Source: an uncultured bacterium (lineage in GTDB: Bacteria; Verrucomicrobiota; Verrucomicrobiia; Limisphaerales; UBA8199). Taken from it: DNA of 64,000 bases. The position numbers were made by a program, and so were the translations under genes. The stretch spans positions 1,056,001 through 1,120,000 of the forward strand of contig CAVVMW010000006.1 in NCBI GenBank assembly GCA_963749495.1, in the 5' to 3' direction. Below the pieces are notes generated by a model that saw only the letters and a program-made list of their open reading frames with translations, was not told the DNA's origin and ran no database searches. Shown one piece after another: positions 53,409 to 63,868 of the stretch. Position 1 is the stretch's first letter; the number at the start of each line of letters is the position of its first letter.

Positions 53409-53956
53409 GACTTTTTCCTTGAGGTTGGTTTTGTATTCACAGAAGACTGCTTTCTCTCATTTCGTGCTGTAATTGCTGGGTGAGCAAATGCAGGCGCTTG
53501 TTCGAGATTGCAGGATCCCCTGGCGGGTTCGGGACAAATGCAAGGTCGTCCCAGACACGTCGAGCCGACCACCGCTTTTGGCTGACGCTTTCACCAGCCC
53601 AAACATCCGCAGTGCGGAGGTCTGTCGCCCGTCGCGAATAGGTCCTCCGTGCAGACCGACTCAACTTAAACTACCACCAAGGCAATTGTTGTCAAATGGA
53701 ATGTGGACAATTGTGAGTAAATTCCTCAACGCAATTGCCAACGAAGTTGATCATGTCACGAACACGCAGGCCTTTGATGCAGAATGACTTGCGACGCCAA
53801 ACGGCCCTTTTTCAACCAGGCACCACAGCCCGGGGGCAGGCAGGCGAGCGGCGGCGACGGGCTTCGAGCCTCCAGTGGCGTTGCCGCCGGTCGCCACTGC
53901 GTAACGGACTCGCCTGCCTGCCCCTGGGCTGTGCCATTTTGACCCACGAATTGTGG

Positions 53957-54460
53957 CTAGCCCAAGTTTCGCACTCTCAGGGCATGACCTGCATTTTTCT
54001 TCGGAAACTCGAAGACAAGGCCGCACAGGTCGGCCACACAAAAGTAACTCGGGCCAGGTTCAGATCATCAGACTCACCTCCTTGATATGGATGCGCGGCG
54101 AGGGCTGCGCCGGCAGACTCCAGCCCAACTGCGCCAGCAGTAACGCCTGCGCCGGTTCGGGCTGTGTAATCCGCGGCAGACGCATCATCCGCCCGTCCGC
54201 CAATTCGAACCGCACCATCCACCAGCACAATGCGCCCCAACTGGTCCAACACCGACCAGGGGGTCAAGCTGGGCGCCACCCGCGCCGCTCGCTTCTTCAG
54301 GCACACGCGCAGGCAGTAGCCCAGAAAGGCTACCAGCACCTGGGCCTCGACCCGCTCCGGCAACCGATGCCGGATCGGAGGAATCTTCACCTCGCTCTTG
54401 AGCACGCGGAAAGCCGCTTCGGCTTCGGTCAATTGCACATACGCTCCCTGCCGCCGGCAG
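53957..54460 (-). mobile_element. IS1634-family transposase 3' remnant with terminal sequence
   Basis: YVQLTEAEAAFRVLKSE..I.PI.H....RVEA.V.VAFLGYCL; end motif GTGCGAAACTTGGGCTAG. Confidence 0.8.
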
Positions 54461-55230
54461 GCCAACCGCAGGAACAATATACCTGGGTCAAGCACCAGCC
54501 CGGAGAGTGCGCGCAGGTGCAGAAGTTTGCCACGGTGCGCTGGAAGAACGATGGCAACCTGATGTGGCGCTACGCCTACGGGGCCTGCCGGGCTGGGGAA
54601 AAGGACACTCCGCCAGCGGTCTTTGAGCGCCATCACCTGAAGGGGGCCAAGGAGCAAGGCTTCAGCGATGTGCTCAGCGGCCTGGATTTGCACCATCCCC
54701 CGTGCCTGGACCTCATCGCCAATCAGGCCTTTTACGCAATTGCGATGCTGGCCCACAACCTGTTGGTTAGCCTCAAAGTGCTGGATGTTCCTGATGATGC
54801 GCAGAGTTGGCGTGTCCCCACCATCATGCGGCATCTGTTGACCGTGCCGGTCAGTGTGAGTCGCCACGCCCGGTATGAAGTGGCGCGCATCTGCGTTCCG
54901 GCAGGCTGGCTGCGGTGGTGGCGGCTCTTTGTGGACAAATGGCTACCCAAGCGCAAGGTCGGCCGGCCGGTATTGGAGGTGGTGGACTCGGGCTAGCGGA
55001 AAACCTCCAGTCCAACTGCTGCAACTCGTCCGGCTGACGGGGAAGGTGGGGTGTGTTTACGCGCCGTCCCGCAAGCGGGCGGACTTGTCAATCGCGTCGC
55101 TCCGCAACCAAGACTGCCTTTGGGAGGCATAAGGAAGCGTAGTCCCGGCGTCTTTCGCTTCGAGATTACCCGGCTTGCCCGGCACCTTCGTCCCCGCACG
55201 AAGTGCCGCGGCCTTGGCTAAGGATTCAGG
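54460..55230 (+). mobile_element. IS1380-like transposase 3' remnant
   Basis: HHLKGAKEQGFS, ANQAFYAIAMLAHNL, TIMRHLLTVP; putative end ...GGATTCAGG at 55230. Confidence 0.7.
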
Positions 55231-55291
55231 TGTGTCGGCGCGCCGTGCCTTTGCGCTTGTCGGGCGGAGGCTCGTTTGATAGTAGTATTCC

Positions 55292-56395
55292 ATGTGTCTG
55301 AGGTTGCGCGTGGTGGCCAAGTGGGTCTCTCTTGCGGTCATCATTCTGGCGAGCATCGAAGCGGCTTGCCAGGTGGCTTACCGCGTACGCGGCGGCGGGT
55401 GGTATTCTGCGGCTCGCCGCGCCTCCATGCACGGAATGGTCGAGTTGCACCCCTATTTTGGGGAGTGCCTCCTTCCAAGCATCTCCGGGCACCGCAACGG
55501 CGTCCGGTTCACCCATAACTCCTTTGGATGTCGCGGACCCGAATTTGCGCGCCCGAAACCACCGACTGGCCGGGTTCGGATAGTGGCGCTCGGGGGGTCT
55601 TCGACATACTGCGTCGGCGTCTCGGACGATGAGACCTGGGAGTTCTTCCTCAGCAGGCAATTGGGGACCAAGTACGAGGTGATTAACATGGGCGTGCCGG
55701 GGTACGCCAGCTCAGAAGCGCTGACGCAGACTGCTTTGCTTTTCTCTGACATCCAGCCGGATATTGCGGTCTATTACCTGGGCTGGAACGATGCACAGCT
55801 CCAGCACGTGCGCAACCTCTCGCCCGATTGGTCGGATTCACACGGCAAGTGGCTCATGGCCTTCGGGCTGAGTGGCCGCTTTTTCGAGGAGCGCACCGCG
55901 GCAGGTTACTGCACCAAGAGGCTGATCTTCCGCCTCGCCTTCCCTGGGATGGACGGGAATGCGGTTAAGCAGAAGAGCCTTAGGGGCACGCCGGATACCC
56001 TCACGGATCGCATCGACCAGCGCGCGCTGGGCCTTTACGAGCGCAACCTCTCACTGATCGCCGCGCTCTGCCGGAAGCAGGGCGTGCGGGCGGTTTTCGT
56101 CCCGCAGCTGCTCAACTACGAGGCTCTCACGTCGGAAAAGCCTTACGGATGGCTCCCGTTCGTTCGCGACCGCGATCTGAAGAAGGTGATGAGCGCGTAT
56201 AATGAGAGCATGGCCAAGGTCGCCATGCAGGAAAGCGTGGAGTTTGCCCGCGGGATACTCGGCTTGAGGTGGGTGGCCTCTGACTTCATTGACCAAGGAC
56301 ATCTCTCCCGCGCCGGGAACCAGCGTTTCGCCCGGGCACTCGCGGCCTGTCTCACCAGCACTACCGCACTCGCCCCCCAAGCCCCAGCCCCATGA
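55292..56395 (+). CDS. SGNH/GDSL hydrolase
   Basis: NSFGCRG, LGGSST, INMGVPGY, GWND, DQGH. Confidence 0.88.
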   Translation: MCLRLRVVAKWVSLAVIILASIEAACQVAYRVRGGGWYSAARRASMHGMVELHPYFGECLLPSISGHRNGVRFTHNSFGCRGPEFARPKPPTGRVRIVALGGSSTYCVGVSDDETWEFFLSRQLGTKYEVINMGVPGYASSEALTQTALLFSDIQPDIAVYYLGWNDAQLQHVRNLSPDWSDSHGKWLMAFGLSGRFFEERTAAGYCTKRLIFRLAFPGMDGNAVKQKSLRGTPDTLTDRIDQRALGLYERNLSLIAALCRKQGVRAVFVPQLLNYEALTSEKPYGWLPFVRDRDLKKVMSAYNESMAKVAMQESVEFARGILGLRWVASDFIDQGHLSRAGNQRFARALAACLTSTTALAPQAPAP

Positions 56396-57015
56396 GCGCC
56401 CCAGTGAACATCCTCGGCATCTCGGCATTTTATCACGACAGCGCGGCATGCCTCGTTCGGGACGGCGCGGTGGTGGCGGCGGCCCAGGAGGAGCGTTTCA
56501 CGCGCAAGAAACACGATGCCGCCTTTCCGCGCCAGGCGGTCGCCTACTGCCTGCGCGAGGCGGGCATTGGCGCCGGCGGCCTCGACGTGGTGGCGTTTTA
56601 CGAGAAGCCGTTTCTCAAGTTCGACCGCATCCTGCACACCTACCTGGCCTACGCGCCCGCCGGGCTGCGCTCGTTCCTGATGGTCATCCCGCTCTGGATC
56701 CGCGAACGCATCTGGATGAAGGACCTCATCCGCAAGGAACTCGCTTACGAGGGCCATCTCATCTTCGCCGAACACCACGAGTCCCACGCCGCCGCCGCCT
56801 TTTTCCCCTCCCCGTTTGCCGAGGCGGCGTTCCTGACCGTGGACGGCGTCGGGGAATGGACCACGACCAGCTTCGGCGTGGGCAACGGCAACCGGGTGGA
56901 GATACGGGGTGAATTGCAGTTTCCGCATTCCCTGGGGCTGCTTTACTCGGCCTTCACCTACTTTACGGGGTTCAAGGTCAACTCGGGCGAATACAAACTC
57001 ATGGGCCTGGCCCCT
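56392..57015 (+). pseudogene. NodU/CmcH-family carbamoyltransferase, N-terminal part only
   Basis: ILGISAFYHDSAA, QEERFTRKKHD, EHHESHAA, DGVGEW, SGEYKLMGLAP, then an abrupt switch. Confidence 0.92.
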
Positions 57016-57281
57016 TTGGTGGCGTTTGGCCTGGTCCTGCCCAAGGCCCTCAAGCCGGTCTATGTTGGCTGGATGGCCCTGGCACTGGCTCTGGGCTTTG
57101 TCGTCTCGCACGTGATTCTGACCGCGTTTTTCTTCCTGGTGATCATTCCGATCGGCCTGGCCGCGCGGCCCTGGGCAAGGACTTCCTGCGCCTCAAGCTC
57201 GACCGCCGCGCCCCCAGCTACTGGATGTCCCGCCCGCAACCCGGCCCCAAAACTCCGAAGGAATATGAGCGGCAGTTCTAA
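57016..57281 (+). pseudogene. SxtJ-family membrane protein C-terminal part, fused to the carbamoyltransferase
   Basis: PKALKPVY.GWM.LA..LG.V.S..IL...FF.V..PIGL; after a frameshift GKDFL.....SYW...YERQF*. Confidence 0.8.
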
Positions 57282-57302
57282 ATCGAACGACCCAACATTG
57301 GC

Positions 57303-57384
57303 ACCTTTGTCGCAGCCTTTGTCGCAACCTTCGTCGAGAAATGGCGCATTCGACAAAGGCCGCGACAAAGGCTGCGACAAAGGT
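57303..57384. repeat. Inverted tandem 12-bp repeat (GCGACAAAGGYY)
   Basis: Three cctttgtcgca-like units facing three cgacaaagg units. Confidence 0.85.
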
Positions 57385-57397
57385 CCGCCCGCCCCCT

Positions 57398-58591
57398 ATG
57401 CCTGACGCGCCTTTAACCGTCGCCTGGCTCTCAGATTATCCGGTGGAATGGCTGCCGGATGTGCCGGAGCCGTTGAGGGCCTCACCGCGCCGGCACGGGG
57501 CAACCTGGCAGATGGTCCTGCTATCGGAGTTCCAGAAAGACCCGGCCCTGCGCATTGAAGTAATCGTCTTGCGGCACCGGATCGAGCGGTCCTTTTGCTT
57601 CGAGCGCAACGGGACGGTGTTTCATGTTCTGAAAGCCCCGCCGTGGCTGCGGGCCAGCTCGCTCTTTTGGGTCAACACGCTGCTCATTCGGACGGTGTGC
57701 CGGCGCATCCGGCCGGACCTGGTCCATGCCTGGGGCATGGAAAAGGGCGCGCCGCTCGTGGCCCATCGCCTGGGCCTGCCGTATGTCATGACGGTCCAGG
57801 GCCTTTTCGCCTGGTACAAAGAGCGGGTGCCCATGGCGCGCTATGAGCGGTTCATCGAGCGGCTGGAGCGCGCCTGCTTCCGGCGGGCGCCCGTGGTCAC
57901 TACCGAATCCACCTATGCCGTGCAGTACCTCCGGGCGCGCTATCCGCAAATGCGCATTCAACAGGCCGAGCACGCGCCCAACCCGGCCTTCTTCCGCGTG
58001 CAGCGACGGCCACAGATCCAGCCCTTGCGTCTCATCTCGGTCGGCACGCTGGGCCTGCGCAAGGGCACCGATTTGCTTTTCCAGGCCCTGGACCGCCTGC
58101 GGGCCGAGCTGCCCTTCCAGTTGCGCCTCATCTGCAGCGGCAACGTGGAGTATCTCGATTCCCTCAAGCCGATGGTCTCCCCCGCCCTCTGGGAGCAGGT
58201 CAACGTCGAGCACCTCCTCCTGCCCGACCAGGTCGCCCAGGCACTCGAAACCCCCGTCCTGCTCCTCCTGCCTACCCGCGCCGATGTCAGTCCCAATGCC
58301 GTCAAGGAAGCCGTCGTCGCTGGCCTCCCGGTGGTCGCGGCCCAAACCGGCGGCATCCCGGACTACGTGACCCCAGGCAGCAACGGCCTCTTGTTCCCTC
58401 CCGGCGATCTCCAGGCATTCATCCAGGCCATCCGCGCGGCTGTCGCCCACCCGCTCTTCGGCAAAGGCCAGGTGGAACCCGAAACCCTTGCCCGCGCCCG
58501 CAGCTATCTCTCGCCGGAGCTGATGGCCAGGAACTTCCGAAGGGCATATGAAGCCGCCAGAGAAGGCAGAAGTGGCAGACAAAGATCCTGA
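57398..58591 (+). CDS. GT4 glycosyltransferase
   Basis: DLVHAWG, RKG.D.L, SPNAVKEA...GLPVV...GGIPD. Confidence 0.9.
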   Translation: MPDAPLTVAWLSDYPVEWLPDVPEPLRASPRRHGATWQMVLLSEFQKDPALRIEVIVLRHRIERSFCFERNGTVFHVLKAPPWLRASSLFWVNTLLIRTVCRRIRPDLVHAWGMEKGAPLVAHRLGLPYVMTVQGLFAWYKERVPMARYERFIERLERACFRRAPVVTTESTYAVQYLRARYPQMRIQQAEHAPNPAFFRVQRRPQIQPLRLISVGTLGLRKGTDLLFQALDRLRAELPFQLRLICSGNVEYLDSLKPMVSPALWEQVNVEHLLLPDQVAQALETPVLLLLPTRADVSPNAVKEAVVAGLPVVAAQTGGIPDYVTPGSNGLLFPPGDLQAFIQAIRAAVAHPLFGKGQVEPETLARARSYLSPELMARNFRRAYEAAREGRSGRQRS

Positions 58592-58610
58592 TCGTCAGAG
58601 CCGTCCAGCA

Positions 58611-58823
58611 CGCGCGTCGCGTAGCGACGCAGTGAAGGTAGCCGTGGACCTCGGTCCACGGTTTGCGGCCTTGGAAGAATCGCGCGTCGCGTAGCGACGC
58701 CTGAAGGCTTCGCGATGGCAGATGAAATCCTGTTTTCAGGCGTCGCTACGCGACGCGGGTGGTCCTCAGGCGGGGGTCCGTGGACTGAAGTCCACGGCTA
58801 CCATCAGGCACCGCTACGCGGTG
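58611..58823. repeat. REPIN/MITE-like composite palindromic element, copy 2
   Basis: Reverse complement of 6971-7167 with conserved arms and variable spacers. Confidence 0.85.
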
Positions 58824-58865
58824 ACTGAAGATCTTCATCCCGAGCCCAGATCTACGGCTTTCACC

Positions 58866-59255
58866 AGCAGGCTCACATACCCTGTCCACGTGCTCGGTGC
58901 TCATCCAGGGCGAGAGGGGCAGGTTGATCACCTCGGAGCTAAGACGGTAGGTGACTGGAAACTGCTCGCGGTCCAGGTGCGGGGGGAAGGTCCACAGCGA
59001 GATCGTATAGATGCCCTGCTGCCAGACGACCGAGCAGGTGAATGCCGGGCCGATGACGTTGTCCCGGTTTTGGATGGCAGCCCTCAACGCCCAACAAATG
59101 CCTGCCCTGGCCGACGGCAGCCACACCGCCCACGCCCCCCCGCTCGCCTCCGTGTAGGCCGCCTCCAGCCCCCTCAGGCTGCGGCCTTCGGTCGCGCCCA
59201 GGGACGCCCCCAGGACCCTCCCCAGGCACAACGCAGGGCGATGAAGGGGAATCAT
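58866..59255 (-). pseudogene. DegT-like aminotransferase remnant, N- and C-termini fused
   Basis: PSARAGI..AL...VIGPAFTCSVV joined to FPV...S.EVINLPL.P.M...VDRVC. Confidence 0.7.
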
Positions 59256-60517
59256 AGGTCGGACCGGTCAGACTGGTCGGACTTGTCAGACCGGTCGGAC
59301 GGGTGGGCGTTGATCGGCGGTTTATTGGCCGCCAGGCGGCGTTGGTACTCGACCAGCAGCCGGTCCCCATAATCCTGCCAGGTGTTTTGGACCGAGCCCT
59401 TGCGCCAGGCGGCTTCGCCCATTCGGCGGTTCAGCTCCGGGTCGGTCGCCAGCCGGAGCATTGCCCGCGCAATATCCTGCGGGTCCCGGCCACGGACGAT
59501 GAGGCCCTCGACACCGTCTTGGACCAGGGTTGTGGCCCCGCCCTGGTGGGTGCCGATCAAGGGCAGGCCGGAGGCCAGGGCCTCGACTTGGGCTCGCGAA
59601 ATGCCCTCTTCCTGGGACGGGAAGACAAAGGCGGTGCAGGTGCGCAGCAGCGGCGCCAGCTCCGCACGGGTGAGCCGCGGATGATGGGTAAAGCTGCCTT
59701 CCCATTTGGGGCGCTCGCGGCGAAAGTCGCATTTGTAGTCTCCCACGCAAACCAGTTCGGCCTGCGGCAGGCGTTTCTTGACGATTTGGAAGGCGCGGAA
59801 CAGGTATTGGTGGCCTTTGCGCAAGCAAATCGTGCCGACGTTCATAAACCGCGGCTTGTCCGGCAGGGTGGTCCGTTTCTGAAACACGGCCCGGTCCACC
59901 CCCATTGGGTTAACCAGCACCTTCCCGGCGGGGATGCCGTTGAGTTCCATCGATTCCTTGCAGAACTTGGACTGCACGATGACGAGGTCCGCCCTTTCAA
60001 TCTCCCGGTTCATGCGGGCGAACATCCACCTGGGGATGGGGACCTTTTCCCCCGGGCACCACAGGTCACACTCGCGCTGCCAGAAACCGAAGTAGGTCGT
60101 GGGATGGCTATTGGGACAATCGACAACCTTCAGGGCGCCGACCCGTTCGGCGCCGTCAAAGAGTTCGCTGGCGAAGCCGACGATGCCCTGGGCGGCCTGG
60201 AATTGGGGGCAGCGGGCGGAGCGCAAGCCGGCCCGCAACCAGGTCCGCCAGAAACCAATGAGCCAATACGTCGCGCGTTCCTGCCAGATCTGGGGCGTGA
60301 AGTGGTAAAAGGGCTTCATCGCCAGGTGGTAGGGCCAGCAGCGCCGATACTCCGCCTGCGGGGCTCCAAGCCGGTTGCGGTCCGCCATCCAAAGGCCCGC
60401 CAGGGCTTGCCTCGCCGAAAAGGCCAGGGCGGTCCGCTCCAGATGCCAGGAGCGAGTCGTCGTCAACAGCACTCGCATGCGCCGCCCAGTCTGGAGCAGC
60501 GCACCCGGCTCGCTCAA
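59252..60517 (-). CDS. GT4 glycosyltransferase
   Basis: GVD, RKGHQYL, FPSQEEG...EALASGLP. Confidence 0.9.
   Translation of the reverse strand: MSEPGALLQTGRRMRVLLTTTRSWHLERTALAFSARQALAGLWMADRNRLGAPQAEYRRCWPYHLAMKPFYHFTPQIWQERATYWLIGFWRTWLRAGLRSARCPQFQAAQGIVGFASELFDGAERVGALKVVDCPNSHPTTYFGFWQRECDLWCPGEKVPIPRWMFARMNREIERADLVIVQSKFCKESMELNGIPAGKVLVNPMGVDRAVFQKRTTLPDKPRFMNVGTICLRKGHQYLFRAFQIVKKRLPQAELVCVGDYKCDFRRERPKWEGSFTHHPRLTRAELAPLLRTCTAFVFPSQEEGISRAQVEALASGLPLIGTHQGGATTLVQDGVEGLIVRGRDPQDIARAMLRLATDPELNRRMGEAAWRKGSVQNTWQDYGDRLLVEYQRRLAANKPPINAHPSDRSDKSDQSDRSDL
59257..59301 (-). repeat. Tandem 9-bp repeat at the GT4 C-terminus
   Basis: Same unit as 4450-4507; encodes SDRSDKSDQSDRSD. Confidence 0.85.
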
Positions 60518-60679
60518 GGCATTTCAATAGTTGAATTGCGGCTGGCCGCTGCTGCGTAAAACATAGCCGGTGCGTTCGAGGTACCAAGCGTAGTCGTTGC
60601 GTCCTGCGGCATCGAATGAAACCCACTGCGAGCTGATGTCCCATCCGGGCACGACAGTTTGCCGACCGGCACCGGCAGC

Positions 60680-60955
60680 CTTCTCCACGCCGAGTATGCC
60701 GACAGTCTGGTCGCCGCCGCCACGACATGGTCCTCCTTTACGAACGTGACCCTGAGCAGCGGGACGCAACTCTGCTTTGACCTTTCCCAGCCGCTGCCCG
60801 CGCAACGGTTTTACCGCGCCTGGCAGACAAACGGGCCGCAGCCCGCCCTGGACATGAGCATGGCCGCGGAGATTCCGCTGACCGGGACGGTCGGGAGTTC
60901 GGTGCAGATTGATTATATCAATGTCTATGGCCCGACTAACGCCTGGGTGACGCTC
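60680..60955 (+). pseudogene. C-terminal sorting-type domain fragment of a secreted protein
   Basis: W..FTNVTL...DLS.P...RFYRA...LTG.VGS...IDY.N..GPTNAWVTL. Confidence 0.55.
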
Positions 60956-60956
60956 T

Positions 60957-61062
60957 TAGGGATCGTGACGCTGGTCAGGCTGGTGCCTAAAAACGCATTG
61001 GTCCCGATGCTGGTGACAGGCAGTCCGCCGATAGTGCTGGGGATCGTCACCGCACCTCCGCC
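60957..61062 (-). pseudogene. BspA-type leucine-rich repeat fragment
   Basis: GGAVTIPSTIGGLPVTSIGTNAFLGTSLTSVTIP. Confidence 0.75.
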
Positions 61063-61539
61063 AGGTCCGCCGCCGTCCCGAGGCGGGGGACCCCCAGGAC
61101 CACCCGGCCCGCCGCAACCGGGCCTGCGCTTGGGCGGCATCGCCGTCTCGTCGTCAATTTGCAACGGATTCGGCCTTCTGGAGCGTGGTCAATTTCATCA
61201 GCGGGCTGCCAATAAAACAGTCCGCTCCCTTCGAGGTCGTTCCAATCCACTTCTACACCACGCTCTCCGACGAGCAGTTTGCCATACTCGCGGAAAGCCT
61301 GTTCGAGCAAGCGGTCGTCCAAGGGACAGGCAGCGTGACTGACAAGGCCGATAACGCGCAGGCTGCCTCGGAGTGCCCGAAGCTCGCGATGGATTGCAAC
61401 CTTCCGGGACGAAACTGGGAGGCAGGCGTGGAGAACCACGGGCCTGCGCCACAAAAGGAAAGCGCTGGCGCTGGCCAGGGAATGGGAGCGTGAGGCCAAG
61501 AAGCGGGCGGCTCAAGCTCCCCTGCCGCGCAAGCCGACA

Positions 61540-61860
61540 ATGCGGGTGCGCCCAGGCAGCGGCGAACGGGAGCTTGGCCTTTTGACCCAAAAGGAAGTCG
61601 CCGCCATTTTACGCATTTCAGAACGTGCAGTCCGCCAAATCGAAATCAGAGCCCTTCAGAAACTGCGGCTTCACCCGACTCTCAGGGCTTTCTGGCGCGA
61701 GTGGGAGACAGGCGAAATCGAAGAAGCGGCGTTTCGGGGTTCAGGCCAGTGGGCATTGAGCCGGGCCGAAATCGCCGCCGTTTACGCTTTGGCACGGACA
61801 CCCGAAGAGCGCCAAGCACTGAGGAAGCTGTTCGCTTTGACGCAGGGCACCGGGCCATAA
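61540..61860 (+). CDS. Sigma-70 region 4-like HTH protein, possibly partial
   Basis: TQKEVAAILRISERAVRQIEIRALQKLR. Confidence 0.7.
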   Translation: MRVRPGSGERELGLLTQKEVAAILRISERAVRQIEIRALQKLRLHPTLRAFWREWETGEIEEAAFRGSGQWALSRAEIAAVYALARTPEERQALRKLFALTQGTGP

Positions 61861-61948
61861 AACTCGACTGGCAGGCCGGATTAAGCGCGTTCTAACGCCC
61901 CGGCCAAACTGACGGCGCAGTCTGCACCAATTCCGGTTCGCTCCTGGT

Positions 61949-63070
61949 TTGTGTCAGATTTGCTGGCTTGTGCAAGCAGCCGTCCAATCGTCCGTGCTCA
62001 CGAGCACCAGCAACCTCATCCCTCCGGCTGGTGCGTCCCCGCTTAAAGCAGCACAACAGGGCCTCGTGGCCAACTGCCCCGCTACGGGCAGTGACGTGCC
62101 TTGGCGCTGCCTCTCGGACTACTTCGCTCAGCACCACCGGATGTTCGAGGAGACTGAACTTGCCGCGCTCCTCGAACCTCGCCGGATTTTGGCCCCGCCC
62201 GGCTACCATTCGACCAAATGCGTCAGCGCCGGGCTGTTTGCGCTCTTGCGGAACCGGGCCTTGAGGGAGGCTACGGGACTCCCGCAGGTTCCCACCGAGG
62301 TCGCCGCCCACGTCATCGCCTACCAGGTCATCCGGCATCGTGTCCCGGTCTATTTCATCGACGAGGCGTTTGTCCGCGCCGTGGCGGCAACCGACCTGCC
62401 GCACGACTTCACCCTGGACGACCTCCACTGGCCGATGCCCGCGATGGTGGTGCGGTTCCCGGCGCGGTTCATGCAGGAATACCTCGGGCGGGATGTCTGC
62501 TATGTTTACGCCGCCAACTGCGATGCCGGGGACTACTCAGCGCCCGCACTGCCGGGCTGCCCGGCCATCACCGTCCCCAAGTCCAAGGTCGCCTGGCAGT
62601 TCTACTCGTGGCAGAACGGCAACCTGGAGAGCTTCGTGTCGTCCTATTTCCGGCAGGACCGGGTGGACGAGACCATCCAGAATTACTGCTACACGGACTA
62701 CACCGGTATCAAGGACGAGGCAGGCATTGCGTCGGACAAGGAAATCACCGACCGGCTCTCGGCGCTGATGCTCAAACTGCTCGTGATCCTGAACACACGC
62801 CCGCAGTTGGTCGAATCGGGCCGGTGCGTTCGCCCACAAAAGATAAAGCACGGGCGCGTGAAGCACTGTGAGTTGTGGTCGCCAAACCTAATTGGCAGGT
62901 GTTACCGGACAATCCGCGAAGGCCCAGGCGGCGGCACCCACGCCAGCCCACGTGTCCATTGGCGTCGAGGCCATGTGCGCAGCCAGCCGCACGGGCCGCA
63001 CTGGTCGCTTCGCAAGCCCGTATGGGTCGAACCGGTCCTGGTGGGGCTTCAGGCCGGGGCGGGCGGCTGA
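61949..63070 (+). CDS. Hypothetical protein, phage/mobile-element-like; start uncertain
   Basis: C-terminal SPRVHWRRGHVRSQPHG..RKPVWVEPVLV motif. Confidence 0.6.
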   Translation: MCQICWLVQAAVQSSVLTSTSNLIPPAGASPLKAAQQGLVANCPATGSDVPWRCLSDYFAQHHRMFEETELAALLEPRRILAPPGYHSTKCVSAGLFALLRNRALREATGLPQVPTEVAAHVIAYQVIRHRVPVYFIDEAFVRAVAATDLPHDFTLDDLHWPMPAMVVRFPARFMQEYLGRDVCYVYAANCDAGDYSAPALPGCPAITVPKSKVAWQFYSWQNGNLESFVSSYFRQDRVDETIQNYCYTDYTGIKDEAGIASDKEITDRLSALMLKLLVILNTRPQLVESGRCVRPQKIKHGRVKHCELWSPNLIGRCYRTIREGPGGGTHASPRVHWRRGHVRSQPHGPHWSLRKPVWVEPVLVGLQAGAGG

Positions 63071-63085
63071 GAAAGGCCAGCGAGT

Positions 63086-63868
63086 ATGACGCCGGAACAA
63101 CGCGCACTGGCGGACGCCGTAGCGGCAGAGCTGAAGCTCGCGGCGGCTCCTGGTTTCGAGCAGCACTGGGCGCGAGTTTTCGACCTGCCGGATGGCGGGA
63201 GGTTGTTCTACCACCTCCAGCTCAGCAAGCACCTGACACGGGCGCGCTTCGAGGTCCGGCAGATCGAGCGCGAGGACAATCACGCCGACGTTTGGGTGCT
63301 GAAGGTCCGCAGGGGCAAGGTGCCGGTTGGCCGTGAAATCGAATGGACCCAGAAGCAGGTCTGCCCCGTGCATGGGGAAGTGGCGCGGGAGGACCTCCTC
63401 AAGGCCAAGCTTGAAGGCACCGGGCCCGTGTTGGTGCCGCGCAGCGACAACGGCAAGGTTATCGGCCTCCTGGAGGCCCTGCGGCAGAGCGTAGCGCAGG
63501 CCGACTCCAAGCCCCAGCCCAGGCCCCACCCGCAGGCGCGGAAGAACGGGCACAAGCGGATGGCTCTGCTACTCCTGATTCTCTTGATAATCCTGGCGGT
63601 CCACTTCCCGTTTTTCGGCGGGATGCTGGCCCTTTTCTGCCTGGTGGCCCTCTGCGACGCCGTCTTTCGACCGGCCCCGGCCAGCCGACGCAGGGTGTGG
63701 AAGGTGCTGATGTGGGTATTTGCGATTCCGTTCACCCTGAGCCTGTTTGCCGCCGACAGCGAGGCGGTCCCGGAGGCCGTCCTCATGTTCATGGCGCTTG
63801 GCTGCCCGGTCCTGGCGCTTATCTGCGCGTGCAAGGCGGGCATCTTCAAGGACGGACGCAAACCGTAA
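63086..63868 (+). pseudogene. Chimeric ORF: unknown-gene segment + collapsed Ku + membrane-protein tail
   Basis: FYHLQLSKHLT..FEVRQIE...VW (like 35918-36415); CPVHGEVARED (Ku N-terminus); DLLKAKLEG..LLEALRQSV (Ku C-terminus); then TM helices. Confidence 0.7.

Noticed and set aside
55292..57281. Saxitoxin biosynthesis
   Set aside because: No sxtA, sxtG or other core genes; the context is glycosyltransferases.
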